Below are positions 8,959-17,755 of a stretch of 57,960 nt of DNA, one piece after another. Below the pieces are notes generated by a model. It saw nothing but the letters and a program-made list of their open reading frames with translations, made no database searches and was not told the DNA's origin. Numbering within the stretch: position 1 is the stretch's first letter; the number at the start of each line of letters is the position of its first letter. Source of the stretch: a virus (lineage: Duplodnaviria; Caudoviricetes); IMG/VR virus record IMGVR_UViG_3300046751_000386, positions 1 to 57,960 of that record; one strand, written 5' to 3'. A program made the translations under genes and the position numbers.

Positions 8959-9403
8959 AGCACATGCAATAGACTTAGCCGCTGCCAAAAAGGGCGTGGC
9001 GAACTTAGAAGATGCTTATAAAGAGAAAGTACAGACAACTTTAGACCCTTCGGCGTTGGGTCAATCTCTTTTAGAAAAAATGCCTAGTCCTACGGGATGG
9101 CGTCTGTTGATTCTCCCATACAAGGGAAAGGGTCAGACAGAAGGCGGCATATATCTACCGGATAAAGTAGTTGAGGAACAATCTGTGTCTACGCAGGTTG
9201 GATATGTCTTGAAGGTCGGGGAACTGGCGTATCAGGACGGGGACAAGTTTCCAAATGGTCCGTGGTGCGCGAAGGGTGATTGGGTAATGTTTGCTCGTTA
9301 CGCTGGTTCGCGGTTCAAGATCGACGGTGGCGAGGTCCGTATTCTTAATGATGATGAGGTTTTGGCTAAAATCTCTAATCCTGAAGATATTTTGCATTTC
9401 TAG
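8948..9403 (+). CDS. groES: Phage co-chaperonin GroES (Cpn10)
   Basis: PTGWRLLI, TEGGIYLP, GYVLKVG, GDWVMFARYAG and RILNDDEVLA match the Cpn10 pattern. Confidence 0.9.
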   Translation: MLTKAHAIDLAAAKKGVANLEDAYKEKVQTTLDPSALGQSLLEKMPSPTGWRLLILPYKGKGQTEGGIYLPDKVVEEQSVSTQVGYVLKVGELAYQDGDKFPNGPWCAKGDWVMFARYAGSRFKIDGGEVRILNDDEVLAKISNPEDILHF

Positions 9404-9412
9404 GAGAAAAAA

Positions 9413-10252
9413 ATGGCAGAAAATGATCAAATTGAGTTAGAACTAGAGAGTTCTGAAGAAACGGAGGTTTCGGTAGAGCCTAACGTTGACGCGGACTCGG
9501 GGGATCAGTTCGAACAAGCGGAAAGCGCCACGCAATCGCGCATAAATCGTCTTACAAAGAAGATGCGAGAGGCTGAACGTCGTGAAAATGAGGCTTTGAA
9601 CTACGCAAAACAGGTTCAGGCCGAGGCAAATTCGTTAAAAGAGCGTATGTCCAGCTTGGATAACAGTTACGTTAACGAATATACCACGCGTGTAGAGACA
9701 CAGCTTGCTCAGACTGAAAAAGAGATGGCCCGTGCTATGGAGTTGGGCGATACTCAGGCTGCGGTAGAGGCTCAACGCAAGCTAACGTCGCTATCTATAG
9801 AGAACGACAGGGCTTCTCAGGCTAAAATGCAGCAAGAGCGTCAAAAAGAGGCCGCGTCACAACAACCACAACAACAGGCTCAACCGCAGCAACAACAGAT
9901 GCGCCGTCCTGACCGAAAGGCCGAGGATTGGGCAGAAAAGAACGAGTGGTTTGGTCAAGATGAGGCCATGACTTTTGCGGCTTTTGGAATCCACAAGAAG
10001 TTGGTGGAGGAAGAAGGGTTTGACCCGCAGAGCGATGACTACTATACTGAATTAGATCAGCGCATTTCTGAAAAGTTCAGAACGCCTGCAAATAACGCCA
10101 GTAGACGGCCCGCACAGACGGTTGCTGGAGTTTCAAGAAGTACCTCTGGGCGCAGCACTGGAAAGAAGGTTAGACTCACTCCTAGCCAAGTCGCAATAGC
10201 GAAAAAATTGGGTGTGCCACTAAGCGAATACGCGAAATACGTGAAGGATTAA
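9413..10252 (+). CDS. Putative capsid scaffolding protein
   Basis: Acidic coiled coil with a basic C-terminal helix (QVAIAKKLGVPLSEYAKY), upstream of the capsid genes. Confidence 0.65.
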   Translation: MAENDQIELELESSEETEVSVEPNVDADSGDQFEQAESATQSRINRLTKKMREAERRENEALNYAKQVQAEANSLKERMSSLDNSYVNEYTTRVETQLAQTEKEMARAMELGDTQAAVEAQRKLTSLSIENDRASQAKMQQERQKEAASQQPQQQAQPQQQQMRRPDRKAEDWAEKNEWFGQDEAMTFAAFGIHKKLVEEEGFDPQSDDYYTELDQRISEKFRTPANNASRRPAQTVAGVSRSTSGRSTGKKVRLTPSQVAIAKKLGVPLSEYAKYVKD

Positions 10253-10256
10253 GGCT

Positions 10257-10715
10257 ATGACAGACAGAACTCCTCGCGCTAACAAAACTAGGGAAAAGAC
10301 GGCTGCGCGTAAGCCGTGGGCTCCCCCGTCTATGCTAGACGCACCGCCTGCACCGGAAGGTTACAAGCACCGTTGGATTCGTTCAGAAACTCGGGGCTTT
10401 GATGACACGAAGAACATTAGCGCCAAGATGCGCGAAGGTTGGGAACTTGTTCGTCAGGACGAATACCCTGACTTTGAGTCTCCGGTAGTTGAAACAGGTA
10501 AATATGCGGGTGTGTTTGGGGTTGGCGGATTGATGCTGGCTCGTATCCCAGAGGAAACAGTAGCGGAAAGAACGGCTTATTTCTCAAGTAGGAATAGGGA
10601 CCAGATGGACGCGGTTGACTCTGACATGTTACGAGAGAATGCACACTCTACCATGACGATCACTAAACCTGATCGTCAATCTCGTGTAACCTTTGGTGGA
10701 CCTAGAAAGAATTAG
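10257..10715 (+). CDS. Head-region protein of unknown function
   Basis: PPAPEGYKHRWIR...GWELV motif; located in the head module. Confidence 0.7.
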   Translation: MTDRTPRANKTREKTAARKPWAPPSMLDAPPAPEGYKHRWIRSETRGFDDTKNISAKMREGWELVRQDEYPDFESPVVETGKYAGVFGVGGLMLARIPEETVAERTAYFSSRNRDQMDAVDSDMLRENAHSTMTITKPDRQSRVTFGGPRKN

Positions 10716-10739
10716 CTCCACCTTTAATGGAGAAAGATA

Positions 10740-11384
10740 ATGGCGAATACAGAGACGTCTTATGGTCTTCGTCCGATAAGCAGGCAGGGTTCTTCTGCTT
10801 CTTCTACGGGCATGACTGAGTATCGTATCGCATCTGACAACTCTAACCCTATCTTCAACGGCATGGCGGTTATTCCGTTAGCTGGTGGTGTTATTGACGA
10901 TCTGCAAGCTGCGGCTGGTGGTAACGTTTCAATAGCAGGGGTTTTTGGTGGATGTGAGTACGTTTCAAGCACTACCGGAAAACCAGTGTTTTCTAACTTC
11001 TGGCCCGGATCAGGCGCTGACAGCGACTTTCCCGTAAGGGCTTTCTTGTATGACGATCCTAATCAGTTGTTTCGGATTGCAACATCTAATGTTGTATCTG
11101 CGGCAAATACTGAAGCAGAGATTCGTGCGGCGGTTTTTGCAAACATCGCGTTTGCAACAGGTAACAGCGGTTCGACTTCTACTGGATTGTCTTCAGCTAC
11201 GGCTGACTTGAACACAATCGCAACCACCAACACTTTGGCTCTCAGAATTATGGGTATCTTAGACGATCCTGCTAATAATGACTTCACAAGTGCGGGTATC
11301 CCTCTCATTGTTCGTATAAACAACCACTTCAATGCGCCTACGGGCTCTATTGCGGCGGGCACTGTTTCTACGACAGGCGTATAA
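10740..11384 (+). CDS. Putative capsid-associated/decoration protein
   Basis: Ala/Gly/Ser/Thr-rich beta-type protein directly before the MCP; strong RBS. Confidence 0.6.
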   Translation: MANTETSYGLRPISRQGSSASSTGMTEYRIASDNSNPIFNGMAVIPLAGGVIDDLQAAAGGNVSIAGVFGGCEYVSSTTGKPVFSNFWPGSGADSDFPVRAFLYDDPNQLFRIATSNVVSAANTEAEIRAAVFANIAFATGNSGSTSTGLSSATADLNTIATTNTLALRIMGILDDPANNDFTSAGIPLIVRINNHFNAPTGSIAAGTVSTTGV

Positions 11385-11396
11385 GGAGCTTAAATT

Positions 11397-12305
11397 ATGG
11401 CTATTTCTCGCGCACAACTAGCGAAAGAGCTAGAACCGGGACTGAACGCATTGTTTGGGCTTGAGTACGGACGTTACGAAAACGAACATAGCGAAATCTT
11501 TGAAGAAGAAAGCTCGGATCGGGCCTTCGAAGAAGAAGTTATGCTCGGAGGTTTTGCAACGGCACCTGTAAAAAGTGAAGGCGGCGCGGTTTCTTTTGAC
11601 GATGCTCAAGAGACATATACTGCACGTTATTCCCACGAAACCATTGCGCTTGCGTTCTCTATCACAGAGGAAGCAATCGAAGACAATCTTTATGATCGTC
11701 TGGCTTCGCGGTACACTAAAGCGTTGGCTCGTTCGATGGCTACGACAAAGCAAATCAAGGCTGCGTCTATCCTGAACAACGCGTTTTCAACGGGTGCTAA
11801 TGCAATAGGTGACGGCGCAGCGTTGTGTTCTTCGGCTCACCCTTCGCTGTCCGGCAACCAGCGAAACTTGCTGTCTACAGCGGCTGATCTTAACGAGACT
11901 TCGTTGGAGCAAATGTTGATTGACATTGCAGGGTTCACTGACGAGCGTGGTTTAAAAATCGCGGTTCGTGGTACGAAGCTCATTATTCCAAAAGAGCTTC
12001 AGTTCATTGCAGAGCGGGTTATGAACTCCAATCTGCGTAGTGGCACTGCGGACAACGACAACAACGCGATGAAGAACATGGGCATGTTGCCAGAAGGAGC
12101 GGTTGTAAACCACTTCCTTACTGACACAGACGCGTTCTTTATTAAGACGGATGCCTCTAACGGCTTCAAGTACTTTAACCGTGCTGCGATCAAGACTGCT
12201 ATGGAAGGCGATTTTGATACGGGCAACATGCGGTTTAAAGCGCGTGAGCGTTACTCGTTTGGCGTATCAGATTGGCGTTGCGTCTTCGGAACACCCGGAG
12301 CGTAA
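11397..12305 (+). CDS. Major capsid protein
   Basis: 302 aa; MAISRAQLAKELEPGLNALFG...KARERYSFG.SDWR pattern; strong RBS and downstream terminator. Confidence 0.9.
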   Translation: MAISRAQLAKELEPGLNALFGLEYGRYENEHSEIFEEESSDRAFEEEVMLGGFATAPVKSEGGAVSFDDAQETYTARYSHETIALAFSITEEAIEDNLYDRLASRYTKALARSMATTKQIKAASILNNAFSTGANAIGDGAALCSSAHPSLSGNQRNLLSTAADLNETSLEQMLIDIAGFTDERGLKIAVRGTKLIIPKELQFIAERVMNSNLRSGTADNDNNAMKNMGMLPEGAVVNHFLTDTDAFFIKTDASNGFKYFNRAAIKTAMEGDFDTGNMRFKARERYSFGVSDWRCVFGTPGA

Positions 12306-12327
12306 ATCACGCACAATCTTGTGTTTT

Positions 12328-12359
12328 AAGGGGCAGCTTCGGTTGCCCCTTTCTTTTTG
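12328..12359 (+). terminator. Rho-independent terminator after the MCP
   Basis: AAGGGGCAGC-TTCG-GTTGCCCCTT plus T-tract (cUUCGg tetraloop). Confidence 0.9.
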
Positions 12360-12436
12360 TTTAAATATTGTGTATTCTTTTGTTATCCCTGACAGGCGCA
12401 TGATGTGTCTGACACTAGCCACGACAGGAGTATAAC

Positions 12437-12985
12437 ATGGCTAATACAACTTTTTCGGGTCCGGTTCGTTCCGAAGGCGGATTTCAAGTCGTTTCCAAAA
12501 ACGCTACTACGGGCGCACTTACCACTGTTGCAAACACCGCTTCTACAGGAATTGTTACTAACAAGTATGTAAAGCATGTTGGTTTTGCCACGGGAGTTAC
12601 AGTAAACACTACTGCGGGTGATAGCCCTACGATTGGTGAATTTACACAACCAGCAAACACAATCATTACGGACATTAAGATCTTTTGTGATACGTCGCCT
12701 GTAATCGGCACGGGAGATATTGGTTATGAGGTTGGGACTTCTAGCTCTGGCGCACAGATTGTTGCGGCTCAGACTGATGAAATCTTAGACGGCGGTACAA
12801 CTGTTGTTGAGCATAACGTAACTGTAACCTCGTTGGTTTTGCAAACTCAGGACGGCACTACTGCTCCGGCCTCGGTTCAATACACTTCGGCAGAACGTAC
12901 AATCTTCTGTAACATCACCAACACGGTTGACGCCACTACCGCGGGTTCGTTTACGTTCATCATTGAGTATGTGCAGATTGCATAA
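12437..12985 (+). CDS. Virion structural protein (possible capsid fibre/decoration)
   Basis: MANTTFSGPVRS start, Thr-rich beta-type protein, RBS AGGAG. Confidence 0.65.
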   Translation: MANTTFSGPVRSEGGFQVVSKNATTGALTTVANTASTGIVTNKYVKHVGFATGVTVNTTAGDSPTIGEFTQPANTIITDIKIFCDTSPVIGTGDIGYEVGTSSSGAQIVAAQTDEILDGGTTVVEHNVTVTSLVLQTQDGTTAPASVQYTSAERTIFCNITNTVDATTAGSFTFIIEYVQIA

Positions 12986-12998
12986 ATAGGAGCGTGAT

Positions 12999-13403
12999 AT
13001 GGCAGATGCTGTAACGTCACAGACACTTATCGACGGCGGCAAACAAGTCGTTATGAAATTTACAAACGTTTCTGACGGAACGGGTGAGAGTGCTGTAACC
13101 AAGGTTGATGTTTCCGCGCTAGAGGCCAGCGTTGATGGTGACACTTGTACAGGTGTTGTTATTGAACGCATTTGGTGGCAGTGCATTGGCATGAAAGTTA
13201 AGATACTGTTTGACGCAAGCACTGACGCGTTTTGCATTGAACTGGGTGAAAACCAAAGTGGTGACCACGATTATACTTCTTTTGGCGGCTTAACTAACAA
13301 CGCGGGCAGCGGAAAAACAGGTGATATTAACTTTACTACAGTTGGACACTCTAGTGCGGACACCTACACGATAATTTTGTACATGCGTAAGAAGTATGAC
13401 TAA
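12999..13403 (+). CDS. Virion structural protein
   Basis: Beta-rich, 134 aa, RBS AGGAG. Confidence 0.65.
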   Translation: MADAVTSQTLIDGGKQVVMKFTNVSDGTGESAVTKVDVSALEASVDGDTCTGVVIERIWWQCIGMKVKILFDASTDAFCIELGENQSGDHDYTSFGGLTNNAGSGKTGDINFTTVGHSSADTYTIILYMRKKYD

Positions 13404-13674
13404 CGGCAAGATGCCTGCGCGAAACAAAAAGAATTTCCGCTCCACTAAATCTGGGGCGGGAATGACTGAACAGGGTGTAAAAGCCTACAGGGCTAAAAAC
13501 CCCGGATCAAAATTAAAAACGGCGGTTACAGGCAAGGTTAAAGCGGGCAGCAAAGACGCCAAACGGCGTAAATCTTTTTGTGCAAGGTCCGCGGGTCAGA
13601 TGAAAAAGTTTCCAAAGGCGGCTAAAAATCCAAACAGTCGCTTACGCCAAGCTAGAAAAAGGTGGAAGTGCTGA
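13396..13674 (+). CDS. Small very basic protein
   Basis: RRKSFCAR...SRLRQARKRWKC; Lys/Arg-rich. Confidence 0.75.
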   Translation: MTNGKMPARNKKNFRSTKSGAGMTEQGVKAYRAKNPGSKLKTAVTGKVKAGSKDAKRRKSFCARSAGQMKKFPKAAKNPNSRLRQARKRWKC

Positions 13675-13868
13675 TGTCTTATTCTCGAAAATCTAAGGGC
13701 GCTTCAAAGAAATCTAAGGGTAGCAAGATTTGTCCTGCGGGAAAAGCTTGGGCTCAAAGAACCTTTGATACATACCCTTCGGCATACGCTAACATGGCTG
13801 CATCTAAATATTGCAAAGACCCGAATTATGCCAAGGGAGCCAAAGGTAAGAAGAAGGCGTCAGCGTAA
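13674..13868 (+). CDS. Small very basic protein
   Basis: KICPAGKAWA..FDTYPSAYAN motif; stop/start coupled. Confidence 0.7.
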   Translation: MSYSRKSKGASKKSKGSKICPAGKAWAQRTFDTYPSAYANMAASKYCKDPNYAKGAKGKKKASA

Positions 13869-14239
13869 TGGGTGCTTTAAAAGATTGGGTAGACCAAGAT
13901 TGGGTTAGGATTGGGACAGATGGAAAGATTAAAGGTAAATGTGGCACTTCGAAAGATAAGAAGAACCCTGACCGATGCTTGCCTCGGTCTAAAGCGGCTT
14001 CTCTTTCCCAATCTCAAAGAGCTTCAACAGCTCAGAAGAAAAAACGAGAAGGCTCTAAAGGTAAAACAAACGTTAAAAACACCAAAGCCGCTGAAGTTAA
14101 ATATGCAAGGTTTGGCGGAGAAATATCCCGCAAAAGGCCCGCGCCGAAAAAAATGAACGGCGGGGGCGTTGTGGCTAGGGGGTGCGGCATGGTTTTATCT
14201 GATAGAAGAAAATTCACTACAGGTTCTGTAAGCTCATAA
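13868..14239 (+). CDS. Basic protein with xxGG motifs
   Basis: LKDWVDQDWVRIG...CG...CLP; coupled ORF. Confidence 0.75.
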   Translation: MGALKDWVDQDWVRIGTDGKIKGKCGTSKDKKNPDRCLPRSKAASLSQSQRASTAQKKKREGSKGKTNVKNTKAAEVKYARFGGEISRKRPAPKKMNGGGVVARGCGMVLSDRRKFTTGSVSS

Positions 14240-14249
14240 GGAGACTAAA

Positions 14250-14510
14250 ATGGCTGTTAAGAAAAAGAAGAAGGCAAAGGGTTACGCGGCGGGCGGAAAA
14301 GTACGTCGCATGTCTAAAGGTGGAGCGATGGGTGGCAAAATGCCTCGTCGTATGTCGAAGGGCGGAGCGATGGGTGGTAAGATGCCCCCTAAAATGATGG
14401 GCGGTGGTGCTTCTATGACGTTGCCTCAACTTAGAGCCGCAGCAAAACAACGCGGCATGTCGCTTTCGCCTATGAAGAAAATGGCAAAGGGCGGCAAGGT
14501 TAAAAAATAA
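14250..14510 (+). CDS. Lys/Met/Gly-rich repeat protein (MxKGG repeats)
   Basis: RBS AAGGAG; five [YM]xxGG motifs; 42-bp tandem duplication at 14304-14387. Confidence 0.75.
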   Translation: MAVKKKKKAKGYAAGGKVRRMSKGGAMGGKMPRRMSKGGAMGGKMPPKMMGGGASMTLPQLRAAAKQRGMSLSPMKKMAKGGKVKK

Positions 14511-14513
14511 TCT

Positions 14514-15188
14514 ATGGCATATCTGTATTCTAACGTGCCTTATTTTAAGGCATGGGTGAGGCGTGAGTACACACACAATCATCAAAAGTATCATGGCGAG
14601 TTTTTACACGCTATGGTGATAGGCGTCACAACGCTGCCCAATAGGTGCTTGAGTTTTCAGATAATGTTTACGGGCAGTGCTGCGGAGGGAGAGGACGAGG
14701 ACGAAGTTCATGGCGGTGCTATGTGGGCGAGAATGCCTATAACGGCGCTGGTTGGAGATATACCGTTGGAAGAATGGCCTGAACCTATGGAGACTTATGC
14801 CGCGCAGCCTTGGGATTGTGCGTCTCACCATCATTCAGTGTTTGTTATGGATAGAACCACGCCCTGCCCTTGGTTGGCAAAAATAAACGGTGAAATGTAT
14901 CCAGCTAAATATTTATTTACGGTAGATTATACGGAAAGCGAGATAGCGGACGATCCTGCGCAGCATAAGCAGAGTCATGTTTTACAACTTTTAGAAGCGG
15001 GGAGTTGGACAGGAAATATAGTGGCTTTACCCAACAACCGCGTTAGAGTTACGCATCCCGCATGGTTTGTTACAGGCGAGGGTCCCCCGGACTTCAAGCC
15101 ATCTCAGCATGTACATTACTCTAAATCTGACTTAGACTACACCTTAGACGTTAATCGAATATTCGACAATCTATACAACGAGGAATGA
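14514..15188 (+). CDS. Hypothetical protein, Trp/His-rich globular (possible enzyme)
   Basis: 224 aa with QPWDC, HKQSH and PNNR motifs. Confidence 0.75.
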   Translation: MAYLYSNVPYFKAWVRREYTHNHQKYHGEFLHAMVIGVTTLPNRCLSFQIMFTGSAAEGEDEDEVHGGAMWARMPITALVGDIPLEEWPEPMETYAAQPWDCASHHHSVFVMDRTTPCPWLAKINGEMYPAKYLFTVDYTESEIADDPAQHKQSHVLQLLEAGSWTGNIVALPNNRVRVTHPAWFVTGEGPPDFKPSQHVHYSKSDLDYTLDVNRIFDNLYNEE

Positions 15189-15189
15189 C

Positions 15190-15858
15190 ATGACAGTTTC
15201 TAGCAGCGTAGATTTTGAGTTAGATGTAGCCGAGTACATTGAAGAGGCTTTTGAACGCTGTGGTTTGGAGGTTCGAACGGGTTACGACCTTAAAACAGCC
15301 AAGCGGTCTTTAAATTTAATGTTGGCAGAATGGGCTAACCGCGGCTTAAACCAATGGACTATTTCTCAAAGAACCACGACCCTGACACAGGGGACGGGAG
15401 AATACGCTTTATTGCCAGATGTTATTGATATTCTATCTGCGGTAATCCGCAGGGATGATATTGATTACTCTTTGCTTAGACTGAGTAGAGAAGAGTATCA
15501 AACTATACCAGAGAAATCCTCTCAAGGGCGACCTAATCAATTTTTCTTAGACAGGCAGGTTACTCCTAGCTTAAAGCTCTGGCCTACACCGGAAAACTCT
15601 ACAGATGTTGTGTTTTACAACGCTCTTACTCGTATGGATGACGCCGACACTTACATTAACACTGTAGACATGCCGTTTCGGTTTTACCCGTGTTTAGCTG
15701 CGGGATTAGCGTATTACATTTCTATAAAGCGGGCCCCGCAACGCGTTCAGTTGTTAAAGGCGGTGTATGAAGAAGAGTTTGAACGAGCTATGACAGAAGA
15801 CAGGGACAGAGCTTCGTTTAACGTAGTTCCTCAATACCAGTACTTTAGGACAGGCTGA
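15190..15858 (+). CDS. Head-tail adaptor / tail tubular protein A-like
   Basis: IEEAFERCG...LNLMLAEWANRG..W, LWPTP and helical C-terminus; position at the start of the tail module. Confidence 0.7.
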   Translation: MTVSSSVDFELDVAEYIEEAFERCGLEVRTGYDLKTAKRSLNLMLAEWANRGLNQWTISQRTTTLTQGTGEYALLPDVIDILSAVIRRDDIDYSLLRLSREEYQTIPEKSSQGRPNQFFLDRQVTPSLKLWPTPENSTDVVFYNALTRMDDADTYINTVDMPFRFYPCLAAGLAYYISIKRAPQRVQLLKAVYEEEFERAMTEDRDRASFNVVPQYQYFRTG

Positions 15859-16184
15859 TGGGTAGGTTTGCTAGCGGTAAAAATGCTCTTGCGATATCAG
15901 ACCGTTCTGGTTTTCGATACAGATATAGAGACATGCGACGAGAATGGAATGGGTTGTTAGTTGGCAAGGACGAGTTTGAGCCTAAACAGCCACAGCTAGG
16001 TCCGTTTAGAACGGTTTCTGATCCACAAGCCTTAAAAGACGCTAGGCCGGAGCAAAACCTTGCGGAGATAGACGCTATTGAGTATGGATTTGACCCTGTA
16101 GGTTATCGCGGGGATGCTCTGGGTTTAACGGGCAATAGACTAAAGGCTGAAGGGTCTGTAGGAGAGGTCACGGTGACAACATGA
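15858..16184 (+). CDS. Virion-associated hypothetical protein
   Basis: SDRSGFRY...EPKQPQL..DPQALKDARP; coupled ORF. Confidence 0.7.
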   Translation: MGRFASGKNALAISDRSGFRYRYRDMRREWNGLLVGKDEFEPKQPQLGPFRTVSDPQALKDARPEQNLAEIDAIEYGFDPVGYRGDALGLTGNRLKAEGSVGEVTVTT

Positions 16185-17038
16185 GCTACACATATACAAC
16201 TCTGAAACAGGCTATAAAAGATTATACTGAAAACGACGAAACTACGTTTGTTAATAATCTTCCCGTATTTATTCGTAATACAGAAGAGCGTATTTTAAAA
16301 AACGTGCAGTTAAGCTTGTTTCAGCGTAACGCCAGTGGTGTTATGAGTAATGCAAACAAGTTTCTTACTTGTCCATCTGACTTTTTAGCTCCGTTTTCGT
16401 TGTCCTACACGGATTCTAGCAGTAACCAAGTATTTTTAGATTTTAAAGACTCAAACTTTATACAATCTTTTAACCCTAATTCTGCTACTACGGGCTCTCC
16501 CCGATATTACGGTCAGTTTGACGTTGAAAACTTTATTTTAGCGCCAACGCCAAACAGTGGGTACGCGGTAGAACTGCAATATTACTACAGACCAGCAAGC
16601 CTGACTGTTAGTACGTTTACATTAACGATGACCAGCGTAAGTGGCACGTTTACGACTTTGGACACTATTACTGGATCGTCCAGCGCACAGTCTACAACGG
16701 TTAATGCGGTTCCGTCATCTACAACGTTGACAGTAAAAATACCTGCGGGGGACTTTGCGATAGGAGAAACCTTAACGGGTAGCTCTAGCGGAGCAACGGG
16801 AACCTTGTCTTCTATTGGAAGCGACACAACCGAATCATGGCTTAGTGAAAACGCAGAAGTGGCTTTGCTTTATGGTAGCTTGATGGAAGCCTACGTGTTT
16901 ATGAAGGGCGAACAAGACTTGCAGGTTTTATATGAAAAACGTTTTGGTGAAGCGATTATGGGTCTTAAAATGCTTGGTGAGGCTAAAGAAGTTACTGATG
17001 AGTACCGTACGGGTCAGATCGTAAGGGCTAAACAATGA
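16181..17038 (+). CDS. Second adaptor-like tail protein with a Ser/Thr-rich insertion
   Basis: Helical N- and C-termini (LLYGSLMEAY) and LAPTP motif similar to 15190..15858. Confidence 0.65.
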   Translation: MSYTYTTLKQAIKDYTENDETTFVNNLPVFIRNTEERILKNVQLSLFQRNASGVMSNANKFLTCPSDFLAPFSLSYTDSSSNQVFLDFKDSNFIQSFNPNSATTGSPRYYGQFDVENFILAPTPNSGYAVELQYYYRPASLTVSTFTLTMTSVSGTFTTLDTITGSSSAQSTTVNAVPSSTTLTVKIPAGDFAIGETLTGSSSGATGTLSSIGSDTTESWLSENAEVALLYGSLMEAYVFMKGEQDLQVLYEKRFGEAIMGLKMLGEAKEVTDEYRTGQIVRAKQ

Positions 17039-17319
17039 ACAGCATGTCTTTTGGAGAGTTCAAGGTTGACGTTCAAACAACCAATAATCGTGGTGCCACT
17101 CCTGAAGAGGTGGCGCACCGTTGTGTTGGAAAAATTGTTGCTTTTTCGGAAGACGCTCATCCCGCGTTAAGAGATCAAGCGATAGCCTATAGGGATAGTA
17201 TTGAAAAGCTGTTAGTGATCTATATGAAACAGGCTATCCAAAGTGACCGTACTACGGTATATAATGCGATTAAAGAAGCGGGGCATCCCACGTTAGCCGA
17301 ATATATAAGGAAAATGTAA
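17035..17319 (+). CDS. Hypothetical protein
   Basis: Coupled 94 aa ORF. Confidence 0.7.
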   Translation: MNSMSFGEFKVDVQTTNNRGATPEEVAHRCVGKIVAFSEDAHPALRDQAIAYRDSIEKLLVIYMKQAIQSDRTTVYNAIKEAGHPTLAEYIRKM

Positions 17320-17754
17320 ATGGCGTTCTCAGGCAACTTCATGTGTACATCTTTTAAAAAAGAATTGATGACAGGCACACACAATTTCACCGCAGCAAGC
17401 GACCAATTTAAAATGGCTTTGTACACAAACAGCGCCAGCTTTACCGCAGCAACCACTGCTTACACCAGTAGCAACGAAGTTACGGGAACAAATTACACTG
17501 CGAAGGGTAATTTCCTAACAAGCGTAACGCCAACAACTAGCGGCACAACGGCGCTTACAGACTTTGCAGATGAGGTGTTTTCCAACGTAACAATCTCTTC
17601 TGTAAGAGGTGGGTTGATCTATAACGAAGCGGCTAGTGGCGACCCGTCTGTGGTTGTCTTAGACTTTGGAGCGGACAAGGGCGCAAGCTCTGGTGACTTT
17701 ACTATTGTTTTTCCTACAGCGGACGCAAGTAACGCAATTATACGGATAGCATAA
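17320..17754 (+). CDS. Tail-associated structural protein
   Basis: SFKKELM..HNF...FKMALYT...VLDFG.DK pattern; precedes the fibre genes. Confidence 0.7.
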   Translation: MAFSGNFMCTSFKKELMTGTHNFTAASDQFKMALYTNSASFTAATTAYTSSNEVTGTNYTAKGNFLTSVTPTTSGTTALTDFADEVFSNVTISSVRGGLIYNEAASGDPSVVVLDFGADKGASSGDFTIVFPTADASNAIIRIA

Positions 17755-17755
17755 C

